From NCBI GenBank assembly GCA_046562895.1, contig CM102164.1:32587842-32651841 (forward strand): a stretch of DNA of 64,000 bases. The letters are read 5' to 3'. The position numbers and the translations under genes were made by a program. The notes under the pieces are model-generated. The model had not been told where the DNA came from, searched no databases, and saw nothing but the letters and a program-made list of their open reading frames with translations. This document shows positions 49,950-64,000 of the stretch, piece by piece (position 1 is the first letter of the stretch; every line of letters begins with the position of its first letter). The stretch is from Trichechus inunguis. Taxonomy: Eukaryota.

Positions 49950-50297
49950 GTTTGTTTGTTTTAATTGAACTTTAGGTGAAGGTTTACAGAAAAAACTAGC
50001 TTCTCATTAAAGTTAGTACATATATTGTCTTATGGCATTGGTTAACAACCCCATGACATGTCAGTACTCTCCCTTCTCGACCTTGGGTTCCCTATTACCA
50101 GCCTTCCTGTCCCCTCCTGTCTTCTAGCCCTTGCCCCTTGGCTGGTGTGCCCTTTAGTCTTGTTTTGTCCTATGGGCCTGTTTAATCTTTGGCTAAAAGG
50201 TGAACCTCCGGAGTGACTTCATTACTGGGCTAAAAGGATGTCCGGGGCCCATACTCTCGGGGTTTCTCCAGTCTCTGTCAGGCCAGTAATTCTGATC
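49950..50297 (-). mobile_element. Left part of an antisense L1 3' UTR, split by the MAP1LC3B retrocopy. It continues at 52413.
   Basis: It runs from tttaattgaactttaggtgaaggtttacagaaaaaactagcttctcattaa to gtctctgtcaggccagtaattctgatc. The same sequence resumes after the insertion at 52413 (cagtaattctgatcttgttttg...). Confidence 0.7.
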
Positions 50298-53340
<3,043 letters not shown>

Positions 53341-53461
53341 GGTTAGGTTAACCCTTTAACAACAGGTTCTAACTTCATTTAACATATCAGTTTTGTCTTT
53401 TAACCTCTGGTTCATCAAGGTGCCATCTTTGGGGCCAGCTGCCTAACCATTCTTAACAAAA

Positions 53462-53616
53462 ACACAAAAACCTGTTGCTGTCGAGTTGATTCTGACTCAT
53501 AGCGACCCTATATGCAGAGTAGAACTGCCCCATAGGGTTTCCAAGGAGCAGCTGGTGAATTCAAACTGCTGACCTTTTGGTTAGTGGCGGAGCTCTTAAC
53601 TACTGCACCACCAGGA
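53462..53616 (-). mobile_element. AfroSINE
   Basis: Reverse complement: cctgttgctgtcgagttgattctgactcatagcgaccctatatgcagagtagaactgccccatagggtttcc...ctactgcaccaccaggactgc. Confidence 0.85.
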
Positions 53617-54419
53617 CTGCAAACATTCTTGACAGACACCTAGCAATTCTTTATATAGGTTAGAAGTTCTAACTCCTGCCTTCTTTGTTTTTCAAGTAAT
53701 AAAACTTTGACAAAAAGGCTGAAGGGTTTCTTGAGAAGAATAGAAATGAAAATCTTGAGTTTTTAATTTAGGTCTAAAGTTACCCAATTCAGATATGCCA
53801 GCACTTCAGATTCTAAAATTCACATCCACAAATCAATGACATGATGGAAATTTTCAGGAGTGGTCTGTTAAAATTATGTTGCTCCCAGTCTTTGGAGGAG
53901 ATTGGGAACAAAGAGTTCCCATCAGGGAACAAATGAGTTTCCATGAGGTATTCACATTCTATAGCCTGACCACTAAGAAACTTATTTCCTTAACAGTAAT
54001 AGGGATTGGTTTCTAGGAACAAAGGTGGAGTCTGGGGGAAAGGTTATATTGAGCTCTTAGAGTTAGCTCAGTCATTTTACAAATAGGTCAAATGCCTCTG
54101 TTTTGATTTTATCCCTTACCCATACAAATGTTGTATGTGCATGAGAAGCACTCGGTGAAAACGTGGACGGACACTGTTGTTTAAAGAATGGTTTGAAAGG
54201 AGGAAAACACTGGTGACCACATGCCAGTTAGGAAGCTGTGAAACTAGTCCAGGTGAGAGACTACCTGGATCAAGGCAGTTGTTGGTGAAGCAGAAGAGGG
54301 CGGTTTAAGAGACTCAAGATAGAATCTAGGACTATAGAAGTCAGACCCGACTAGAGATTTGATAAAACTCAAAGCCTTAGTTCCTCTACTTCCCATGTGG
54401 CCTCAGGTGCTAGGAACAG

Positions 54420-57400
54420 GCCAGAGATTTTCTTAAAAATTGTGCTTTAGGTGAAAGTTTACAGCTCAAGTTAATTTCTCATACAAAAATTTATATACAT
54501 ATTGTTATATGATCCTAGTTGCAATCTCTATCATGTGACAGCACACTCCCTCTTTCTACCCCGGGTTTCCCGTGTCCATTCAACCAGTTCCTCTTCCTTT
54601 CTGCCTTCTCATCCCGCCTCCAGACAGGAGCTGCACATTTAGTCTCATGTATCTACTTGAACTAAGAAGCACACTTTTCATGAGTATTATTTTATGTTTT
54701 ATAGTCCAGTCTCATCTTTGTCTAAAGAGTTGGCTTTGGGAATGGTTTTAGTTTTGGGTTGACAGAGAGTCTGGGGGCCATATTTTCGGGGGTTCCTATA
54801 GTCTCAGTCAGATCATTAAGTTTGGTCTTTGTATGTGAATTTGAGTTCTGCACCACATTTTTCTCCTGCTCCATCAGGGACTCTCTGTTGTGTTCCCTGT
54901 CAGGGTGGTCATTGGTGGTAGCTGGGTACCATCTTGTCCTGGTCTCAGGCTGATGGAGTCTCTGGTTTATGTGGCCCTTTTTGTCTCTTGTGCTAATATT
55001 TTCCCTGTGTCTTTGGTGTTATTCATTCTCCTTTGCTTCAGGTGGGGTGGGACCAGTTGAGCATCTTAGACGGCCGCTCGCTAGCTTTTAAGACCCCAGA
55101 TGCCACTCACCAAAGTGGGATGCAGAAGATTTTCTTAATAAACTTAGTTATGCCAATTGACCTAGATGTCCCCTGAAACCATGGTCCTCAGACCCTTGCC
55201 CCTGCTACTCTGTCTCTTAAAAAAAAAAAGTGTTTGGTTGTGTTCGGAAAATTTCCTAGCTTTTGGTTTAGTCCAGTTGTACTGACTTCTCCTGTATTGT
55301 GTGTTGTCCTTCCCTCCACCTAAGATAATTCTTGTCTACTATCTAGTGAATAACTTCTCCCTCCCTCCCCACACTCGTGACCATCAAAGAATGTTTTTTT
55401 CTTTGTTTAAACCTTTTATTGAGTTCTTATAATAGTGGTCTCATATAATATTTGTCCTTTTGCTGCTGACTAATTTCACTCAGCATAATGCCTTCTGGAT
55501 TCATGCATGTTGTGAGATGTTTCGCGGATTCATCTTTGTTCTTTATCGTTGCCGTAGTATACCATTGTGTGTATATACCATAATTTGTTTATCCATTCGT
55601 CCGTTGATGGGCACCTAGGTTATTTCCATCTTTTTGCTATTGTTAACAATGCTGCGGTGAACATGGGTGCACATATATCTATTCGTGTTACAGCTCTTAT
55701 TTCTCTAGGATATATTCCAAGGTTTGGGATTGCTGGATCATATGGTACTTCTATTTCTAGCTTTTTAAGGGAGTGCCAAATCATTTTCCAAATTGGTTGT
55801 ACAATTTTACATTCCCACCAAGAGTGGTGTATAAGTGTTCCAGTGTATCTGCAACATCTCCAACATTTATTGTTTTGTGTTTTTGGATTAATGCTAGCCT
55901 TGTTGAGGAGAATTGGTATCTCATTGTAGTTTTGATTTCCATTTCTCTAATGGCTGATGATTGTGAGCATTTCCTCATGTATCTGTTAGTGACCTGAATG
56001 TCTTCTTTGTTGAAGTGCCTGTTTATATCCCATAGCAAATTTTTTAATTGGGTTATTTGTCTTTTTGTTGTTGAGGTGTTGCAGAATCTTGTAGATTTTA
56101 GATATTAGACCCTGATTGGATATGTCATAGCTAAAAATTTTTTTCCCAGTCTGTAGGTTGTCTTTTTACTCTTTTGATGAAGTCTTTTGATGAGCCTAAG
56201 TGTTTGATTTTTAGGAGCTCCCAGTTATCTAGTTTCTCTTCTGGTGTTTGTGCATTGTTAGCTGTGTTTTGTATTCTGTTTATACCATGTATTAGGGCTC
56301 CTAGCATTGTCCATATTTTTTCTTCCATGGTCTTTATCGTTTTAGGTTTTATATTTAGGTCTTTGATTCATTTTGAGTTAGTTTTTGTACATAGTGTGAG
56401 GTATCGGTCTTGTTTTATTTTTTTGCAGATGGATATCTAGTTATGCCAGCACCATTTGATAAAGAGACTGTCTTTTCCCAATTAATGGACTTTGGGCCTT
56501 TGTCAAATATCAGCTGCTGACAGGTGGATGAATTTACATCTTGATTCTCAATTCTGTTCCATTGGTCTATGTATCTGTTGTTGTACCAGTACCAGGCTGT
56601 CTTGACTACTATGGCAGTATAATAGGTTCTAAAATCAGGTAGTATGAGGCCTCTCACTTTGCTCTTCTACTTCTTCAGTAACGCTTTACTTATCTGGGGC
56701 CTCTTCCCTTTCCGTATAAAGTTGGTGATTTGTTCCACCATTGTTAAAAAATGTCATTGGAATTTGGATTGGGATTGCATTGTATCTGTAGATCACTTTG
56801 GGTAGAACTGACATTTTCACAATGTTGAGTCTTCCTATCCATGAGCAAGGCATGTTTTACCGCTTATGTAGGTCTCTTGCAGTAGTTTTCTTTGTATAAG
56901 TCTTTTACGTCTCTGGTTAGATGTATTCCAAAGTATTTTATCTTCTTGTGGGCTACTGTATATGGTATTGATTTGGTGATTTCCTCTTCAAAGTTCTCTT
57001 TGTTGTTATACAGGAATCCAGCTGATTTTTGTATATTTATCTTGTATCGTGATACTTTGTTGAAATGTTCTATTAGTTCCAGTAGTTTTCTTGTGGATTC
57101 TTTGGGGTTTTCTGTGTATAAGATCATATCATCTGCATATATGGATACTTTTAGTTTTTCCTTACCAATTTGAATGCCCTTTCTTTCTTTTTCTTGCCTT
57201 ATTGCTATGGCTAGGACCTCCAGCACAATGCTGAATAAGAGTGGTGATACAGGGCATGTTTGCCTGGTTCCTGTTCTCAAGGGGAATGCTTTCCGTCTTT
57301 TTCACTTAGGATGATGTTGGCTGTTGGCTTTGTATAAATGCCTTTAATTTTGTTCAGGAATTTTCCTTCTATTCCTATTTTGCTGAGAATTTTTATCATG

Positions 57401-60400
57401 AATGGGTGTTGGACTTTGTCAAATGCCTTTTTTGTATTGTTTGATAAGATCATGTGGTTCTTGTCTTTTGTTTTATTTATGTGATGGATTAAATTGGTTG
57501 TTTTTCTAATGTTGAACCATCCTTGCCTACCTGGTATTAATCCCACTTGGTCATGGTGAATTATTTTTTTGATATGTTCTTGAATTCTATTGGCTAGAAT
57601 GTTGTTGAGGGCTTTTGCTTCTATGTTCTTGAGGGATATAATTTTCTTTTTTTGTGGTGTCTTTACCTGGTTTTGGTATCAGGGTTATGCTGGCTTCATA
57701 GAATGAGTTTGGGAGTATTCCATCCTTTTCTATTCTCTGAAATACCTTTAGTAGTAGTGGTGTTAACTCTTCTCTTAAACTTTGGTAGAATTGTCTAGTG
57801 AAGCTGTAATGGCCAATGTTTTTTTTTTTTTTGTTGTTAGGAGTTTTTAAATTACCTCTTCAATCTCTTCTTTTGTTACAGGTTTGTTTAATTTTTCTAT
57901 CCTGGTTTGTGTTAGTTTAGGTAGGTATTGTGTTTCTAGAATTTTGTCCATTTCCTGTAGGTTTCCAAATTTGTTAGAGTACAGTTTTTCATAGTATTCT
58001 GTTATGATTCTTTTAATTTCAGTTGGGTCTGTTGTGATATCGCCTATCTCATTTCTTATTTGGGTTATTTGCTTCCTCTCCTGTTTTTCTTTTGTCAGTT
58101 TGGCCAGTGGTTTATCAATTTTGTTAATCTTTTCAAAGAACCAGCTTTTGGTCTTGTTAACGCTTTCAATTGTTTTTCTATTTTCTATTTCATTTATTTG
58201 TGCTCTAATTTTTATTATTTCCTTTCTTCTGGTGCCCAAGAGCTTCTTTCGCTGCTCTCTTTCTATATGTCCCAGTTGTACGGTTAAAGTTATGATTTTG
58301 GCCCTTTCTTCTTTTTAGATGTATGCATTTATTGCTATAAATTGACCTTTGAGCACTGCTTTTGCTGTGTCCTTGTTAGGATGTGTTTTCATTCTCATTT
58401 GAATCTGTGACTTTCTTTATTCTGTCCTTGATTTCTTCTATAACCCAGTAGTTTTTGAGCTAGGTATTGTTTGGTTTCCATGTGTTTGTTTGTTTGTTTG
58501 TTTTCCTTTTTCTGTTATTGATTTCTACTTTTATGGCTTTATGATCAGAAAAAATGCTTTGTAATATTTCAATCTTTGGATTCTGTGAAGGCTTGCTTTA
58601 TGGCCTAATACATAGTCTCTTCTGGAGAATGTTACATGTCCGTTGGAAAAGAAAGTACACTTGGCTGCTGTTTGGTGGAGTGTTCGTTATATGTCCATGA
58701 GATCAAGTAGGTTGATTGTAACCTTTAGATCTTCTATTTCTTTATTGAGCTTCTTTCTGGATGTTCTGTCCTTTCACCGAAAGTGGAGTGTTGAAGTCTC
58801 CTAGTATTATTGTTGAGCTGTCTATCTCTCTTTCCAATGCTGTTAGAGTTTGTTTTATGTATTTTGGAGCCCTGTCGTTGGGTGTGTAAATATTTATTAT
58901 GGTCGTATTCTCCTGGTGTATTGACTCTTTAATCATTATATAACGTCCTTCCTTATCCTTTGTGGTGGATTTTGCTTTAAAGGTATTTTGTCAGAGATTA
59001 ATATGTCACTCCTGCTCTTTTTTGAGTATTGTTTGCTTGATATACTTTTTTTCTATCCTTTGAGGTTTGTTTATTTGTGTCTTTAAGTGTACGGTGTGTG
59101 TCTTGTAGGCAGCATGTAGACGGATCGTGTTTTTTTGTAATTCATTCTGCCACTCTGTCTCTTTATTGGTGCTTTTAGTCCATTTTAAGCATGACTTAAT
59201 GAATTACAATAGCTCATTGTATTTATTGATAAGTGTGAGTTTAGTGCAGTCTTTTTGATGTATTTTTTTGTGTGTGTTGTTGATGATTTCTTTGTTCCAC
59301 TTAATTTTCTGCACTGAGCCATTTTATTTATGTATTTTCTTTTCATCATTTTCATTGTTGATTTTGTATTTGCTGAGTCTTTATTTATTTATTTATTTTT
59401 TATGTGTAGGATTGTTAGTTTCCTTTGTGGTTACCTTAATATTTACACCTATTCTTCTAAGTTTAAACCAATCTTTTATTTGTTTATATCATCTTGACTT
59501 CCTTTCTATAGGAAAGATATATGGCTACATTATTTACTGCTTCTTTTTTTGTTTCAGTGTTGTCATGTTTTACATATTGACTTCTCTGTTTCCCTGTTTT
59601 CAGTGTTTTAGCTTTGATTTATTTTTCTTTCTTGTGTGGGTTGATACTTGGTTTTTCTGTCCTATGTTCTAGTCTTGGGTTGTTGTGTTATTGATTTTCG
59701 AACTGGTGGACTCACTTTAGTATTTCTTGAAAATTTGGTTTGGTTTTCACAAATTCCCTAAACTTCTGTTTATGTGCAAATGCCCTAATTTTACCATCAT
59801 ATTTGGGGACAGTTTTGCTGGATATATAATTCTTGACTGGTGATTTTTTTCCGTAAAGGCTTTATATATGCCATCCCAGTGCCTTCTTGCCTGCATGGTT
59901 TCTGCTGAGTAGTCTGAGCTTAGTCTTGTTGACTCTCCTTTGTAGATAACTTTTTGTTTATCCCTAGCCACTCTTAAAATGCTCTCTTCACCTTTGGTTT
60001 TGGCAAGTTTGATTATAATATGTCTTGGTGACTTTCTTTTGGGATCTACCCTGTGTGGGGTTCGATGAGCTTCTTAGATAGATATCTTCTCATCTTTCAC
60101 GATATCAGGGAAGTTTTCTGCCAATGAATCTTCAACAATTCTCTCTGTAGCTTCTGTCCCCCCCCCCCCCCCGTTCTGCTACTCCAGTCACTCACAGGTC
60201 ATTCCTCTTTATAGAGTCCCACATAATTCTTAGGGTTTCTTCATTTTTTAAAATTCTTTTGTCTGATTTTTCCTCAAATAAGGTGGTGTCAACTGCTTTA
60301 TCTTCAGTCTCACTAATTCTGACTTCCATTGCCTCAATTTGGCTCCAATGACTTTCTATTGAGTTGTCTAATTCTGAAATTTTATTGTTAGTGTTTTGGA

Positions 60401-62110
60401 TTTCTATTTGTTGTCTCTATGGATTTTTGCAGCCTGTTAAATTTGTCATTATGCTCTAGTATGAGCTTCTTAAATTCATCAGTTTCTTTGTCTGTGTGTT
60501 CCTTGGTTTGTTCTGCATTTTGTCCGATCTCCTTCCTGATCTCTTGAAGAGCTCTTTATATTAATCTTTGAATTCTACCTCGAGTAATTCCAAGAACTTC
60601 TCTTCCTTTGGGAAGTTTCTTGGTTCTTTGTTTGGGGGGACTTGCTGAAGCCATAATGGTCTGCCTCTTTATGTGATTTAATATTGACTGTTGTTTCCAA
60701 GCTATCAGTAAGTGATTATATTTTTTTATTTTACGTTTGCGTACTGTATCCTAGCTTCTTGTTTTGTTTTGATATGCCCAAATAGTCTGGTTGTTTGTAT
60801 TACTTTGATTATTAGTGCCTTTGAAGCTGTCACGTCCTGTCATCAGGTGGTTAGAGCTGCTATTAGGTATATGAGCCCAGGAATCTGTTTACTTTTCGTG
60901 TGTGGATTCAGCTCAGGTATCCATGTTGTTGTTCACCGAGTGTGTGGTGCAGGCTGTTACCTACAGTCATACACACGCAGGGCTATGTAGGGGTGATTGG
61001 AGCAAGCACAGCTATCTGGCTGCAGTAGAGGGTTATGTACTGAGCAAGGTAGGGGGCTGACGGCTGTCCCTGAGTGCCTGGATGGAAGGAGTGTCCCCGC
61101 TCCTTAGAGTGTGTAGGTGGGTGGGTTGTGCAGCCAGACTTTGGTGCTTTTGGCTGTAAGGACTAGGAGGCACCACTTATTCTCAGAGCCCTGTCTAGGG
61201 TGGTTAGGTGGAGTGGCTGTAGCCACCAGCCCTCAGGCCACTGTTGTGGGTAGGTGAGGACCCTGCTTAATGGGCAGGGTGGTGTCAAATGTCAAGAATC
61301 TGCCACTCCCCCTTAGCTGTTGCAGTGGAAAGTAGGCTTTAGGTCTGTACCCTGTTGTACTATGCTAATGAGGGCATATGCTGTTGAAATGGGCACACAC
61401 AGGCTTAGGCAAGGGTGAAAGGCATTCAAAATCTGTGGACCCCTTATGCCTGTGCATAGGCAAAGGGGTGTGCCTGCTCTGAGGTCCCAGTTTAGGGGAG
61501 ATGGCAAAGTATTTTTTCCTGTTTGTTATTTGTATGTTAATTTGTTCCCTCTCCAAAGCCAGGAGAATGGCTTGGGGCACATGATGGGTCCCACTTCGGG
61601 TCCAGGGGGCAGGGCAATTTCTGAAGCCGGACCAGGACTGGAGCAGAGTGGGGAGTGGGCGGGTTAATGGGAGGGAAGTACTTCCCAGAGAGGGAAGGGT
61701 TTTTTTGATCCCGCGAGGTAGGTCAGATGCTTGCACTTAACTTTCGCAGATCTAGTGCTGCTTTCCCCTGGTTCTGCAGGCTTGTGCAGACTCTCCGCTG
61801 CTCGGTTTCTCCCAGTGTGGAAAACACATCCTGAGTACTACTGCTTGCCTCAGCCCGAGTGAGCTGGCTGATCCAGCCTGCAAGGTGTCAGCCAGGTCAG
61901 TTCTGGCAAATCCTCAATGCTTCTGAACTGTCCCTCCCTCCCGTTGCAGCTCAGTCTGACTCCTCAACTTTGTCTTTGATAGTCAGGGCTCCTAGATTGT
62001 CATATGTAATCAATTCACTTGTTTTTTCGAGTCTTTGTTGTAAGAGAGACCAGGGGAGGTGTCTGACTACTCTGCAATCTTGGCCCTGCCCCCAGGCCGG
62101 AGATTTATGT
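54420..62110 (-). mobile_element. Near full-length L1 (about 7.7 kb), antisense: 3' UTR, ORF2 (RT and EN), ORF1 remnant and 5' UTR. It is degenerate with no intact ORF.
   Basis: Minus-strand ORF fragments translate as L1 ORF2. These are 56864..57280 (RT: …[39 protein letters not shown]…), 57277..57546, 57847..58239 and 58742..58936 (endonuclease region …IINIYTPNDRAPKYIKQTL…STIILGDFNTPLS…). A further fragment is 59747..59971. An ORF1-like region lies at 59.9-60.6 kb and a GC-richer 5' UTR at 60.9-62.1 kb. The 3' UTR and poly(T) lie at 54420-55330. Confidence 0.8.
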
Positions 62111-64000
62111 TTAAAATGTTTCTACTCTTTAATTCAGTAATTCTACTTTTGGCAGTCTGTTCTAAGGAAACAATGACAGATTAGGTAAAAAATGTATGTA
62201 CAATTATTTTCCTCAACATGTATATCTAATAGTATACAATTTAAAATAATCAAATATCTGATGACTTGGGGAGAGTTAAATAAACACAAACTTATGTAGT
62301 CACTAAAAAATCTCTTCAAAGAGTATTTAGTGACATGGGAAGATTCTCATTAAAAGTTGAATAAGAGAAACTGTCTATAAAATTAAATATTCAGTATTAG
62401 TAAGTAAATATATTTTTATAAAAATGATTTAGAAAATATATGATACAGGAAAGAATGATGCCAGAAAGAAATATATCAAAATATCAGCAGTGGAGTTATT
62501 TCTGGATGGAGAGATAATGGGTACTTTTTATTAAACAGCTTTATTGTGATACAATTTACATCCCATTAAATTCACCTGTATTAAGTGTACAATTCAGTGA
62601 TTTTTAGTAAATTTACCAAAGTGTGCACCATCACCACAACCTAGTTTTAGAACATTTCCATTGCTATGGGTGCCTTTTTTTTCCTTGGTAACTGTTAACT
62701 TACTTTTTGTGGGGAAGCTATTTTTAGAAAGATAGTAATTTCCAAATATATTAGGAAATTTAAGCAAAACCAAAAAGTACTATAGTTTAAGAAAACATGA
62801 AAAGTATTATAATTTTAATAAGAATAAAATTACTTAAGTAGAACTACTCTGACTCAGGAGTTCTACGTATGGATTATTTCTAAAATGTCGTTGGAAATGC
62901 AAACAAAGTTTTACATATAAGATGTTCATCACAACTTTGCTTATGATATTAGAGATTAAAAATAATTCAATTGTACAACAATAGAGAAATGGCTCATTTA
63001 TGGTACATATCTAAGGTAGCCTCTATTAAAAATATTACAAGAATGTTTAATGACTAAATGTTAAAGATAAAATGTTGACTGATAATAGCAAGAATAGGTA
63101 TTGGGTATAGAGTATGATTCCAGTGTTGACGACAATATATATCCCTGGAAAAAAAGCCTGGAAGAAAAAGTGAAAAAATATGTTAACATGACCCTAAGTT
63201 TTGAGATTATTTTACTGTTGTTATGCAGTTTTGTATTTTCCAAAATTTCTATAGCGAGTGTATATTACTGTTATAAAAAACTTTTTTTTCTTTTTCTTTT
63301 TTTTTAAAAAAAAAGAACAGGTGAGAGGGCTTAAGAACACACTCAGAGGAGATCTGGAGAAGTGGGCCTGAGTAGTCACACCCACTTGAGCTTGCCTTGT
63401 CCACCATAGCCAGGGTTATGATGTTATGCAGAGACTGTCCTTAAAACTGTTAAAGAGTTTTGGTGAATTTATTAACTATGAGAGGTTAAGAGCAGAATTG
63501 ATGAACCTAAATAGTATCCATCATTATTATCGTGCCCATCTACAAACAGATGCTTATTATGAATCTATTTTAATGTAAAAGACAATAAATATAAAATTAG
63601 TACGTTAATGGTATGAAAATGCAAAAGTAAATCAATGTACTTTAGTTTAACCAGACCTCATAAGAAAGAAAAAAATATGAACACCTAATTTGTGCATTCA
63701 TTTAACAGATACTACTACGTCCTAGATGTGAGTTTACAAGTGTGAGGTGGAGGGAGGTGGAGAAGGATTCCCGGGAAAAGGAACCGTATATGTGAAGGCC
63801 CTGAAGGACCAAATGCTTGAGTTTCTGTGAACCTGAAGAAAAAGCCAGTGTGGCCAGGACAGGGTGGGAGGGAGGTGTGGAATGAGATTGGAGAGAGAGG
63901 CTAGGCTTTGAACCATGATGAGTGTCTTCATGTGGAATTAGTAAGGTATACCTCTATTTCTTGAAATGTGTACATAAGTGTGTATGTAACGAAGAGAGAG

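Larger units (their letters stand above)
42660..49950 (-). mobile_element. ERV copy 2, minus strand, related to copy 1 but diverged: integrase, RNase H, RT, protease, gag and a putative 5' LTR at about 49140-49950
   Basis: Minus ORFs include 43568..44086, IN with an HHCC finger (…QCPTCAEFNPVKALRTSVGRYPFPIGPMFEWQMDFTQL…). 43019..43222 is the IN C-terminus. 45495..45821 is RNase H (…SAQQAELIALTRACKLA…). 45900..46118 is RT. 46530..46757 is the RT YXDD region (LLRYVEDLLAC). 47407..47664 is the protease region. 48215..48496 is gag. An L1 fragment is inserted at 44580-45250 and an AfroSINE at 48097-48258. The motif ttgtagagtaacaactttcaccaaagccttct occurs in the LTR-like regions of both ERVs (41690 and 49535). 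Confidence 0.7.

Noticed and set aside
59268-59672. 134-aa plus-strand ORF rich in F/L/C
   Set aside because: It is the antisense strand of the T-rich L1 ORF2 endonuclease region and is a low-complexity artefact.

Overview
This window is mammalian nuclear DNA, almost certainly afrotherian (elephant-like). It carries at least 19 tRNA-derived AfroSINE copies, an RTE/BovB LINE fragment, many L1 fragments in both orientations, and gammaretrovirus-like ERVs. Nothing in it is prokaryotic. The only clear host protein-coding gene is the 5' part of CENPJ on the minus strand. I can place its coding exons 2 to 5 with canonical splice sites at 9360-8877, 8165-8042, 3019-2720 and 873-762. A CpG island at about 13.5-14.3 kb is its probable promoter and non-coding exon 1. 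Upstream of CENPJ, at higher coordinates, the sequence is a transposon-dense intergenic region. It holds a 5'-truncated L1 at 10.4-12.9 kb and a broken antisense L1 at 20.2-25.9 kb. A second CpG island at about 27.6-28.3 kb has no recognisable gene and is bracketed by two inverted copies of the same LTR. A ~170-bp G-rich tandem array of about five units lies at 30.8-31.7 kb. Two related ERV proviruses sit in tandem on the minus strand, at about 32-41.9 kb and 42.7-49.9 kb; the second contains a 151-bp near-perfect tandem duplication in its integrase. An intronless, polyadenylated retrocopy of MAP1LC3B lies on the minus strand at 50298-52412. It has target-site duplications, inserted into an L1 3' UTR, and its 125-codon frame is intact except for one CGA to TGA nonsense codon. 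A nearly full-length but degenerate L1 lies on the minus strand at 54.4-62.1 kb. No rRNA, genuine tRNA or CRISPR features are present.
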